Source of the DNA: Phallusia mammillata
Taxonomy: Eukaryota
NCBI GenBank assembly: GCA_965637545.1
Contig: OZ281495.1
Location: 7,502,001 to 7,566,000 of the forward strand
DNA length: 64,000 nt
Direction: 5' to 3'
The notes beneath the pieces are model-generated. The model was not told the origin of the DNA. It worked only from the letters and a program-made list of their open reading frames with translations, and did no database searches. The position numbers were made by a program, and so were the translations under genes. Below are positions 12,401 through 22,560 of the stretch, piece by piece; within the stretch, counting starts at the first letter, position 1; each line of letters begins with the position of its first letter.

Positions 12401-15400
12401 TGCTATTTAACTTATAGTGGAGCTACTAACACAGGAACTCACACCAGGGGTTTGGGTATTTCCGGTAAGAGGCGCAACGGAGCATAGGCGTATACGATAA
12501 CAATAATTGCAGAATCAGCCAATGGCTGCAAATAGCTAACTTAGCAATTATTGCCATTGCAAACGCCTATGCTCCGTTGCGCCACCTACAGGAAATTCCC
12601 AAAACCTCTTTCTGTGTGTTCCTGTGTTAGTAGCTCTACCGTTTAACTTACCACTCCAACAGCTGGTGAAGAAAGTAGTTCATCCATTGACATCACAGAT
12701 AAATAAGCAACGTTTGTGAGGAAATAAAGACCAGTAACAATCGCCATTCCAGTAACTACAGCTCTAGGAACGGTGCGATAAGGGTCCTGAAATTCCAAAT
12801 ATGCCGTGAAAAGGTACAACCTAATTTAAGTGTTGAACTATTTCAACACAGTGTTGGCAAGTGAACATAAGTCTTAAATTGTCCCCATTAGATCAACCCT
12901 ATTTTTCTGCAGAGTAATATTGCGACTGGAATCACAAAATGTACTGGTTGTTAACTTAATATATGCGTGTTTGGTACGCAAGAAAAAAAGACAATCTGTG
13001 CTAAATGAAGGAGCGGCCCGGCGTATAATCAAGCTAATGTATTTTACCTTTCAGTGGTAAAGGTTGCACATGCTTTACGCCAGCGGTTCCCAACCTGTTG
13101 GTCGCCAACTGCTGGGGTTGCCTAACAATTTGCCTGGGGTCGCCTAAGGCATGGTTTCCAACTCGTTTTAGGCCATGGACCACTAGGCCATGGGCGGATC
13201 TAGACGGGGGTGTTTGGTGTTTTGACACCCCCCTCAGAAAATTGCCCGACTCCTATTTGGAAAAAGTTGTGCGTACATTAACTAGGCCAAACGTTCCGTT
13301 TATCGCTGCGTAATTCCAGAAAGTCGTTATTTTAAAGCCGTGCGCCTTTATGATTTTATACCGGCTTATCTAATAGTCTATTGTGACGTAACAAGGGTTA
13401 AAATGAAGAGTTTATTGCGCTGACAATACAAAAGTGATTATCCGCCAAGGACAACAAAGTCAAAAGTGCTGACTGCACTAAATGTTATGCATTAAACTGT
13501 TTTCGTATTCAAACAATGTTAATGTTTATGACCTACCAAACACGTGGTTTGTCACAAATATTCGATCGATAAAAATCGAACCATGTTAAGATACACGTAA
13601 TTGGTAACTTCCCAATGCTTGGCATTTTTTATGCCTTGCATAGTAACCAACTTTATTGCATTCGTAACATTGCAAACCTTACTAGGTTAACCAGCGTTTC
13701 AAAACGTTCAGTCCTTCAAAAGTTTTTTTTTTAAAGCAACTAATGTATTTTGATTACCTGACAGTTACGTTTATCTTGCAACTGCAGTTTGATGAGTAAG
13801 CCAGGATGGTAGATCCGTAATTGGAAATTAAAAAAAAAAAAAATCTTTTCGTCTATTGGATAACGGGTAGTAACAGATGCTGCTCGCCGTTGCGGCATGC
13901 CAAAGTTGCGAGTTAGGTTGAGGTCTTATACTCTCTGGTTTGACCTGCATGTAATTCTGGACAAAGCAAACTGCCGCTTAACTCGTCGTTTCGGACTAGA
14001 AAATCAAATTGACAACGAAACAATTAACTACTGGACATTTGATGTGCAAATTAAGTATTTCACGTGAGGCGTATTGTGATAATATGATCAACGTTATGAC
14101 GTTTTTTTAGAAAGGGGAATACCCAAATCGTATTATGTAACGTCAGTATCGCATCAGGGAAATTCCCAAATAATTGTTGGACACCTCCCTTAATTTTTTT
14201 CTAGATCCGCCCCTGCACTAGGCCCAAAATAAATAAATTAATGGACCACTTTATTGTTGAAAAAAAATACAGTCAATGCTACTTTAGACTTAGAGTCTAC
14301 TAATTTTATCCTTGGGGTCACCGCAACTTGGCAAATGTTATCAAGGGGTCACGGCACCAGAAAGGTTGGGAACCGCTGCTTTAGGCGGTGTGTAGTGGCA
14401 ATGGACAGACTCGACAATTGTCCACCTAAGTTTTGAAAATAAAAGTGTTTGGGGCATTTACCTTGACTTCTTCGACCATACAGTTTAGCTGATCCCATCC
14501 ACCGAAAGCATAAAGACCTTGATATAACGCCAACGAGATTTCGCGTACGCCAGGGGGCGATCCGGAGAATGCGTCTTGAAAATGTTCAGTGTGACCTGGG
14601 GTTACAAAACTACGAAAGTTAATCATTTATAGATAATGCTTGCATTGTTACGTCACTGTCAAGTTAGCCAAGGCATTGTAAACCAGTGCTTAGAGACGTT
14701 TAAGACTAACCCACCTTCATTTTGAGATAAAATCGTGTTATTGATTTTGATATTTCGAGAAGAAAATATTGGTTTTAATATTTCAACAAGAAAGTAGCTT
14801 TTTTTCGGCACCTATATTATGACCTTAAAACATATTGAGGATATTTTGCGAAACTAGAAACTACCTATTGTGATAAACTAGAAAAAGTTAAGTGTAATGT
14901 ATCAACATGAGAAAGGGTCACAAACTTGCCTTTTGCTAACCACACAATCCCACCAACAATAATAATGCCAAGACTGACGGATTTTCCAACACTGAACACC
15001 GTCACTACCTTGGATGACACCTCGGAACTGTAGCAATTCAGCAGGACCACCAGGAGGATGAGCGTAGCGGCGACCAACTTGACCGCGTTTGGGGGTATTC
15101 CCCCACAGTTACCAGCTGCAATAGTAAAAATTGTTCGAAACCCTACATAAGTATACCTATTTTAACTGATGAAGAAGATAAGACTGTTAGACAATTACAG
15201 ATCGGGTAACCACGAAATTAAAGCTCACGTATACAAGCAGGTGGCAAATAATTGGCAATTAGGCTGCAGACATAGCACATACTGTTTCGACTTAAGGTCC
15301 CATCAGTGCAGCAAGTGACAAGACATTGACCGTATAGGCGTATAAGTGTAGTCACGTTACGCCACCCCAGTTTTCAGTGGGCAACAGGCAAGTACGTAAG

Positions 15401-17333
15401 ATGTCACAACTGGGTATAAACCTTATAACCGGAAACTAAGTGCACAGTCTGCATCTTACTGATCAAAGTCCACGCGTATTTACCATATAGTGGTTTTAGC
15501 ACGTATTCTGCAAAAGTGAGAGCAAGCAAAGAAAAGGTTGAAGGTTTAAGGATAAACGATGAAGTCCAGGCAAAGAGGTACGCCGGTATCGGACCAAAAG
15601 CCTCCAGAAAAACGTAAAACTCCGCGCCGGACTTGGGGATCATTGTGCCCAGTTCGATGTAACACAGTGCACCGAACATGCTCAGGACGCCGCTAGCCAA
15701 CCAGATCTGCGAATTGGTTTTAGCAAGTTAGACACGTGTGTATATAAGACACATTTAAATTTTAAACGGTTAAACAGATTAAGTTTCAACCTAATTCCAT
15801 TGTGGTGAAAATTTTAGTGCTGCCTTCAAATCAACATAATTTAGCGTATAAATGCCTTAACCACATACTTACACCACGAACATTTAATGTTGCTACATTT
15901 GCAAGTTGCTTCTGTTTAGAAAAAAAGCTAACATGGTTGCCATTTAGTTAAATATGTTTTCCAGTTCGAACCACAATGACGCTAAATTAATGATACGAAT
16001 TGATCCGGTTTGACAATATAAATTTATTTAACGCAATTTTAATACAGTTAAAAGCACAACAAATTAAAAATATGCACTGCAACCACAATATATTATTCAT
16101 ATTTTGTTCATACCATCATTCCGACTCCTACAGATCCGGCATTGCTGAATACGCCTTTAGGTGTGATAAAAATCCCCGAACCGATAATGGCACCGACAAT
16201 GAAACCGACGGCGCCGACAAAGCCGATATGTCGGGGTATCGCCACTGCATCATCAGCTATCGTGTGTATAAAAAAAAACCTTCAATTACATGTGTATGTA
16301 GGTAATATGCAGCGGTGAGACTGCATGGTTCTATAGAACCGTCTCGCGAAATTTTATGAGATTAGCGAACCGGTTAGCATTACTGTCTATGGATTTACTG
16401 TAAATAAACCGGCTGAAAAATATGACTTTTGTAATAGAACCGGCTGTCAAAAAATGTAAATCCCACTATTGGTACCATGCGTAAAAAAACGTAGCCCGCG
16501 GCAAGACAAGTGTTTGCTTACGTTTACCACCAAGACATGAAATTGGTGTCATTGTGTGGTTCGTTCAAACCTTAAAATTTGATTTGTGGCCATCAATTTG
16601 TTGCGTAAAAGTGTTTTTGCGACACCTTACCTTTCTGTTTAAAACTTCATGACCGTTTAGCTAAAATAAGCCTCTGACGGGTTTAATATATTCTTTCCTT
16701 TGGACTTATTCGGACCCCACACAGTTGTGCAATGTTTCAAGCTAGCGCAACAAGCTTAATGACGATGACAATAACGGCAATATCATAATTTCTTAAAACG
16801 ATGTTTTAGTCAGCAAAATTATTATTTGCGCATACATAAGGCCAATTACATCCTTGAAATAGCGACAGTATGACTTAGAAAGAACAAAAAGCCGAACGTC
16901 TACACGACATTCGCCATGAACGCGCAGTTTTGACAGCTGTTTCCTGTCTGTGTGTGTAGTTGATACCATACGATTGGTTTCAACTTTCAAAAGAGATTTT
17001 ATAACTTCCTATCCGAACACATACTCCACACAGCTTGTCCAAACTACACCAGTGTCCACAACTTAAATGCAAAAATTAATGTTTAACAAGCCATGTTGTT
17101 ATTCGCACAACACGATACAAAAACAGTCTTTGCCAACGTTTTAGTAGTTAGTTTTGCTTTGTGCTCTGCTGATGCCGCATTTATATTGTAAACCTGATTT
17201 AAATATGACTAAGTTTGATAGATTTTGTATCTTTGCAGCGCGGTTTGTACACTTAGCACTAACTGCGTTAAATAAACTAGCAGACAAAACAACAAACATA
17301 TCCACCTTTAGTATCAGGCTCTGTAGATGGCAT
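9492..17333 (-). CDS. SLC7 light-chain amino-acid transporter, tandem paralog gene B (about 476 aa)
   Basis: Exons 17333-17306 (best candidate first exon, MPSTEPDTK), 16256-16114, 15706-15484, 15115-14930, 14595-14462, 12786-12652, 12083-11883, 11084-10935, 10519-10351, 9553-9492 ([20 protein letters not shown]). Sum is 1431 nt in frame. Exon sizes 223/134/135/201/150 match gene A. The first exon is less certain than the rest. Confidence 0.9.
9626..10037. mobile_element. hAT-type MITE with TAG(A/T)GATG termini
   Basis: TIR TAGAGATGTACCGAAT / ATTCGGTACATCACTA; related ends at 39027-39348, about 40500 and about 53412. Confidence 0.7.
11341..11662. mobile_element. hAT (Buster-type) MITE
   Basis: TIR CAAGGGTGGGCAACCT / AGGTTGCCCACCTATG; perfect 8-bp TSD CTTTAGTT. 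Confidence 0.85.
12420..12636. mobile_element. Palindromic (fold-back) MITE-like element
   Basis: GAGCTACTAACACAGGAAC (19 bp) and GGCGCAACGGAGCATAGGCGT (21 bp) each have an exact reverse complement in the right half. Confidence 0.75.
13081..14378. mobile_element. hAT MITE carrying nested insertions
   Basis: TIR CAGCGGTTCCCAACCT; TSD CTTTACGC/CTTTAGGC; inner element 13189-14215. Confidence 0.8.
13189..14215. mobile_element. Nested hAT-type non-autonomous element
   Basis: TIR CATGGGCGGATCTAG / CTAGATCCGCCCCTG; perfect TSD CACTAGGC. Confidence 0.85.
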
Positions 17334-17995
17334 TGTGTCAAATGCACGACTAAACGACTTCATCAACTTACGGAATGAACTGACGTTCAAAATACTGCGC
17401 GAAAAAGGGCTAAGGTTGCACGCAGTCGACCGTGTCCAATTGTCGCGTTAAGCTTGCCGCCAAAAACAAATATTGTGAAATGACAATCGCCAAAAACCTC
17501 AAAGTGGTATTTTATGTAGTTGGTTTGGAACCCTGTACAGTTGAGTTTATTTCGCTTGGTGAAAGGAAGAAAAGCGGCACTAAAATGGCACTAAAACATT
17601 TAACAAGCTGGAAATAGCTGTGCAACGTTGGTTATGTAGCGCATGAAGTGGAGTGACTGCCAACAAGTAAGGTTGGCGCATTGGGAATAGAAACGACTGG
17701 GGGTGGGGCGTAAGTGGACTCAGTCGAGGGGCTCTATATACTAACAACCAAGTTGCTTTGAATGGAATTTCCACTTCAAGTGCATTATATCTTACAACAA
17801 CCCAAAAGAATGTCAAGCGTTAATGACGCCGGGTTCATGAAATAGAAAAGTAAAATCGTAGGTTTATTGTCGCCGTACCTATCGAGAAAAATAACAATAT
17901 ACAAAGTGTCGAATTGTTGTGGACATTTAAGAGTGTGTTTTTTACATGTAGTAAATGCTGTACATATATATTGTAACGAAGATAACGGCTCCGAT

Positions 17996-18059
17996 ATTGT
18001 CGGACATAGACGTAGGGGAAGTTATACATAGGCTTGCCCTTACGTATATGTTCCATAAT
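17996..18059 (-). ncRNA. pre-miRNA-like hairpin 12; 5p UGGAACAUAUACGUAAGGGCAA (18055-18034), seed class C
   Basis: acata pairs tatgt; acgta pairs tacgt; ggg pairs ccc; aag pairs ctt. Confidence 0.8.
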
Positions 18060-18112
18060 GTCGTGGCCAGATATCAAACATTTCAAATTCCATAGTAGAT
18101 TAAGGCGAACTG

Positions 18113-18180
18113 AGCAGAGGAACTTACACGAAAAGACTTCAGTGATGCTATTAAGCCTGTTCATTGTAAGTTCCATTGCT
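18113..18180 (-). ncRNA. pre-miRNA-like hairpin 11; 5p UGGAACUUACAAUGAACAGGCU (18175-18154), seed class A
   Basis: ggaacttaca pairs tgtaagttcc (10 bp perfect); aggctt pairs aagtct; agca pairs tgct. Confidence 0.82.
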
Positions 18181-18242
18181 AAACCGCTGTGCAATAATGC
18201 TTCTTGATTTATGTAGATTGTAGACCGTGGTACAATTTGAGT

Positions 18243-18304
18243 GGAAATTACGGAAAACAGCCGGAGTATTTTGCGGAATACGGCCTGTTTCCCGTAAGTT
18301 TCAG
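18243..18304 (-). ncRNA. pre-miRNA-like hairpin 10; 5p UGAAACUUACGGGAAACAGGCCG (18303-18281), seed class B
   Basis: ttacgggaa pairs tttccgtaa; acaggccg pairs cggctgt; gaaa pairs tttc. Confidence 0.8.
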
Positions 18305-18340
18305 TCAAAAACAACCGAAAAATCTTTGCAAGTAGTGAAT

Positions 18341-18420
18341 TTTGTTTCAAACTGTGGGACATACTAGCAGTGGCTGGGGTCAACACAGCCCTTACAAGCA
18401 TGTTCCATTGTTTAAACAAA
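18341..18420 (-). ncRNA. pre-miRNA-like hairpin 9; 5p UGGAACAUGCUUGUAAGGGCUG (18407-18386), seed class C
   Basis: ggctg pairs cagcc; acatgct pairs agtatgt; lower stem tttgttt pairs aaacaaa. Confidence 0.8.
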
Positions 18421-18458
18421 AGTTATATAGAACAAGGCCACGTTGACATTAGCAAGGC

Positions 18459-18527
18459 GCACTGGGGATCTTACAGAAAACGGACCAATCGGCTTTGCAC
18501 TGTCCGTTCTAGTAAGTTCCATAGAGC
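18459..18527 (-). ncRNA. pre-miRNA-like hairpin 8; 5p UGGAACUUACUAGAACGGACAG (18521-18500), seed class A
   Basis: aacggac pairs gtccgtt; cttac pairs gtaag; gga pairs tcc. Confidence 0.78.
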
Positions 18528-18580
18528 AGCTGCTTTTATAAACCTATGAAATATCCTGTATGGTGAAGTTTGTCGCTTGT

Positions 18581-18649
18581 GTGCATTGAGACATTATGTT
18601 AAGGACTGGTGAGTTATTACACAGCCCTTACCAGTATGTTCCATACCAC
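18581..18649 (-). ncRNA. pre-miRNA-like hairpin 7; 5p UGGAACAUACUGGUAAGGGCUG (18643-18622), seed class C
   Basis: taagggctg pairs cagtcctta; acat pairs atgt. Confidence 0.75.
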
Positions 18650-18695
18650 GAAAGCAAATAATACTCGGATGCCGCTAGATGGCGTGCGAGAACCT

Positions 18696-18758
18696 CGTGT
18701 TGAACGCTTCCACGGGACAGCCGAGGAACACGGCCTGTTCCGAAGAAGTTTCAAAACG
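18696..18758 (-). ncRNA. pre-miRNA-like hairpin 6; 5p UGAAACUUCUUCGGAACAGGCCG (18753-18731), seed class B
   Basis: acaggccg pairs cggctgt; cttct pairs ggaag; ttgaa pairs ttcaa. Confidence 0.78.
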
Positions 18759-18815
18759 CAAATCCCAAGTGTTCAAGCAGCGGATATAATGATGACATGA
18801 AGAAGTTGCAACAAC

Positions 18816-18883
18816 CAAGCATTGGACATTGCTTGAATCGGTCGCAATGTTGGCAGCCAATTCAAAACAAGTTCCACTGCTTG
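18816..18883 (-). ncRNA. pre-miRNA-like hairpin 5; 5p UGGAACUUGUUUUGAAUUGGCUG (18876-18854), seed class A
   Basis: caagca pairs tgcttg; tgga pairs tcca; ttgaattgg pairs ccgattcaa. Confidence 0.75.
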
Positions 18884-18930
18884 CTGTGCATAGAAATAAT
18901 ACTAAACCGACGACGTGCCATAATAAGCAT

Positions 18931-18989
18931 GCTGAACTTGTTGGAGCAAGCCGAAGTATGCTACCGGCCCGTTCCTAACAAGTTTCAAT
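18931..18989 (-). ncRNA. pre-miRNA-like hairpin 4; 5p UGAAACUUGUUAGGAACGGGCCG (18987-18965), seed class B
   Basis: acttgtt pairs aacaagt; gggccg pairs cggctt; gga pairs tcc. Confidence 0.78.
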
Positions 18990-19046
18990 GGCTCAATGGC
19001 AAAAATTGTTGTTTGTAGAATCGTTCGATGAAACTTCCGACAAAAA

Positions 19047-19113
19047 CCGGGGAACTACCAGTCAAGGGCTGCTTCATTAACGACTCTCAGCCCTTACAAG
19101 TATGTTCCATGGC
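19047..19113 (-). ncRNA. pre-miRNA-like hairpin 3; 5p UGGAACAUACUUGUAAGGGCUG (19109-19088), seed class C GGAACAU
   Basis: aagggctg pairs cagccctt; ggaac pairs gttcc; tac pairs gta. Confidence 0.8.
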
Positions 19114-19159
19114 TTATAGCGGCATGGGCCAAAATCCTTGGTGCAGAAGGTGACACAAG

Positions 19160-19217
19160 CATGTCGAAACTTGCTAAAATCGACCGAAATGATCGGCCAG
19201 TTCCAGTAAGTTTCAAA
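19160..19217 (-). ncRNA. pre-miRNA-like hairpin 2; 5p UGAAACUUACUGGAACUGGCCGA (19215-19193), seed class B GAAACUU
   Basis: ttgaaactt pairs aagtttcga; tggccga pairs tcggtcg. Confidence 0.8.
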
Positions 19218-19272
19218 GTACAAATGTCAAACCGAAACTATATAACTATAAGCTGGTAAAAACACACGGTAA

Positions 19273-19330
19273 TTGGGACTTTACAAGAAAAGGCTGCTAC
19301 TTTAAACCAGCCAGTTCCTGTAAGTTCCAA
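19273..19330 (-). ncRNA. pre-miRNA-like hairpin 1; predicted 5p UGGAACUUACAGGAACUGGCUGG (19329-19307), seed class A GGAACUU
   Basis: 5' arm ttggaact/tacagga/ggctg pairs with 3' arm cagcc/tcttgta/agtcccaa; about 60-nt stem-loop. Confidence 0.8.
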
Positions 19331-21338
19331 ATCCCAAGTGCCAAGATGCTTCTTAAGCCACTTACTTGCTGCTGGTTGAACTGATGCTTTGGTTGTTGAT
19401 GACTCGATGAACTGATGATTTAAACTGCAACCGGGCTAGTTTTTGTACTCTGTGTCTGACAACTTTTTTCACCCAAAGAGAGATAAAAAATTACACGAGG
19501 TGCTTCTAAACAATGCGCAGACGCACCTTATCACCGTGTTTGCAAGTTCGAAGTCAAACAAAACGTGCGCCGCGTCTGATAGTGGCGTTGTTAGGCTCCA
19601 AGGCGCAAGGGACTATTGATAAAGGCTACAAGCCGTTCCTTTCCAGGTGTTAGGAAAGATAAGACCTTTGTTGTACTGTTGTTACGAAATTTGCTGACTA
19701 TTGCGTAACTCTATAGTGACTTACATCCGAACACTGAGGTCATATCTTAGAGTTTCAGTTGTTTCCACATCAGTTCTTTAAAAACACATTAGATGTATAG
19801 ATGAACATTTTATCAAATTCAACATATACTATGACATATTTTCTTTCCTCAAATCCATATTTGCCTGAAGATAGTAAACTATAGATGTCACTCAATTGCA
19901 AACCCCAAATGCCACTTAAATAACGCAATTGCCCAATGGTCCCCATATTTTGTTTGTCTCAACGTTTTCGTTTTAAATAATTTTGGTAGGGTTTCTTTCC
20001 GGTCATTGTGCACGGTTGTATGATTTGGCCAATGCCAGATCATATTATGTCACCGCAACCAAAATGTAAACAAGGGTAATATCCCGGTGCATGCCCTATA
20101 TGAGTTTTCGTATTTTCAACTATGATGTATGTGTCACTTATAGTGTAGTTTTCGTCTGTGTAGTGTGGTATCACTGCAATTAATAGAATCAAAATTCATA
20201 CCATACAATGCAATTTGACAACAAAAGATGCACGAATCGTTTTAGAAAGAGTCATGTGGGTAAATGTGGCGACTAAAACACAACTTTGTTTCATCAATAT
20301 GTTATGGAATGACTACTTGAATGAGTCTGTAAAAGAAATCAAAAAACTTTTCAAAAACGGCTGTTGCTGCCAGACAGTATGTATAAACGAGTATTGCTCT
20401 TCCAGCAGTTTTTGTGTGTTACCGATGCTTCTGTGGCTTCATAGGCATTTCGTTTTCCAAGACACGCCATTACCTTGATGAAAAAAAATGCTAGAAGAGC
20501 TTCATGTGGGGGAAACAGTATTTGGCGACTGAAACACCGATTAAATTGAAAACAAATTTGTTCCATCAACATGTCATGGAATTACCATTTGAACGTTTAT
20601 AAGAAACAAATCATTGAAATGCATGAACATTAAATACATTAGTTTAATATTCCTGTAATATTTTTCTCTTTCTTTCAGTTTGATCAAAAAAATCCAGACA
20701 GGGTCAGCATTAAACCTTATTTGTCTTTACAACTTAATATCAGCTCCGATTTCGATTATGTCACGGAAACATGGGTGTTACATCCGTTTAATTCTGCGAT
20801 AAACAAACAACCCTTAATTTCCTTTACTCTTGCCGGAGTTGCCTGATAGGATTACGTCACACGAAAAAATCGTTATTTGGTATTTGGAGCCAAATTTTGA
20901 ACAGTTAGTCCAAATTCAACAAAATTATTCCTATACCGACAAACCGTTTTAGCTGCTAGGCACATTTCAACGTTTTTGAAGCAAAATGTCAGGGATTGAT
21001 TACCACCGAAAATATTTTACAAATTCATCACCATTTAATCAACAGTCTTGTGTAAAAAAATATTTGTTAGCTTATTGATGTAGTTGTATTTTGTACACTT
21101 TCTTGGAAACTACATGCAAATGTGAGATGTCGTTTTACGCATATTAATTTTCATATTGTCAACCAGTTTCAAATACGATGTCATGGTTTAAACTTTAAAG
21201 TTTAATTAAAGTATAATCGTGAATATATAAGCGATTGCTGCCAGGCATAATATCAAGGTGTTTTGTTGCGTTGTGACGTACTTTAACTCTTTTTTCCTTT
21301 GTTTATCGTTACTGTACTATAGTCGCATTCAGTGTTAT

Positions 21339-21387
21339 TTACCCTGATGAAGACGACCTGTATAGGACGTCGAAACGTCGGAATAAA
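21339..21387 (+). mobile_element. Penelope-like element 3' end remnant with minimal type-I hammerhead (CTGATGA-stem II-GAAACGTC) followed by AATAAA
   Basis: CTGATGA 21344-21350; stem II gacg.cct/agg.cgtc; GAAA 21372-21375; CGTC; AATAAA 21382-21387. This is the known architecture of PLE pseudo-LTR hammerheads. Confidence 0.65.
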
Positions 21388-22560
21388 ATTACACTTGCCA
21401 GAAGAGCTCTATAAATTTTATAATCGTGAATGTTATTATTTTTACGTACAGCCATACAATTCCCATTTCAAATATAACTTGAATTGTTCAACGGCCAATG
21501 TGTTTAAAATGTAATTTTTTTGTGGCTTGTGTTATTTTTCCACCCGACTTACGCAGTCCACTACGGACATTTCATTTCTTTCGGTGTCCAGAAAAGGTTA
21601 AAGGTCATAAATCTATTCGCGGGTAGGATAAAATGCTTATTGTGAACGCGTTAAACATCATGTAAACGACCGTTGCAACACACACATATAAAGGTCGTGC
21701 ACACCAGAGCACTTACACCTGTGCCTTCATGTCCCGCAGTCAGGCCACCACGCGAGCGTTTTACAATTTACAGCCCAACACCAAATTGTGACGTCATTGG
21801 CTCGTTGACGTTGTCGGTGGCAATAAAACTGGACTATTTGTTCAATTTGATTGAGGCGTTCAGGTGATTGACATTTACGTAAAAGCGTGGATCCTGTCGG
21901 CTCTCTGCGCAAATGATCTAAGCAGCAATAACACGTCTATTTATTTTTATGGGATTTTACTACACCGTTTGTCGTTCTCTTCAGTATTTACGAGCCTTTG
22001 ATTGTCAACACGGGTATGAGTTAAATGTCAAGACTGTATTTTGTTGTCACTTCCACCTTGTAACGATCTGCTCTGCTTTATATTGCGACCAGAATTGTAA
22101 CTACATTCGTTTTTTTGGGGGGTAGTGTTTGGGCTTAAGTTTAAATAAAAAAAGGCTTGATTCGGGCCTGACCTTATATTCGGCCAAATTTGTGTCCTTT
22201 TTAAGTTAGTAGATCTAATATTGGGGTCTAATTAGGATTTTTTTGAAAAAAATGAAGGTCAAAACCTGGTTTCGGGCTTTGTTTCGGGTTTGGATCACAA
22301 TTTTGCGTATAATTTAGATTTGGATGCAACTGATCTGTTCATCAACTCATGTAACTGCAACCCAACAAATCTTTTCAAACAGTAACAATTTTGATGCAGG
22401 GTGTTTTTATGTATGACAGTTCGCAGCGAATGTGTTGTATATGTAAAAAAGCACAAATATCTTATTTTGATATTGTTTAAAACACGAAGTGTATTGTTTG
22501 CTACATTTTATCTGGAGCATTACACATACACTAGCCAATATACGGCCGATCTCTCGTCAC

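Noticed and set aside
16631-16650. Frameshifted first exon of gene B (ATGAAGTTTTAA...AAAG|GT), suggesting a pseudogene
   Set aside because: An intact in-frame, phase-1 alternative exists at 17333-17306 and all downstream exons are intact; it may be a non-coding or alternative mini-exon.
17835-18419. 194-aa ORF with MELT/MEH-like repeats (KNL1-like)
   Set aside because: The motifs are just translations of the ATGGAAC hairpin arms; the frame breaks between units and there are no other KNL1 features.
17996-19330. CRISPR-like repeat-spacer array
   Set aside because: The repeats are only partly conserved, each pairs with a complementary arm in its own spacer, the context is eukaryotic and there are no cas genes; pre-miRNA hairpins explain it better.
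19393-19420. C/D-box snoRNA (TGATGA...CTGA)
   Set aside because: The boxes are only about 10 nt apart and there is no terminal stem.
20215-20580. Decayed transposase fragment
   Set aside because: Only vague resemblance; no diagnostic motif in any frame.
21788-21802. CRE plus CCAAT promoter
   Set aside because: TGACGTCA-like motifs are common in this window, often inside repeats; there is no supporting transcript evidence.
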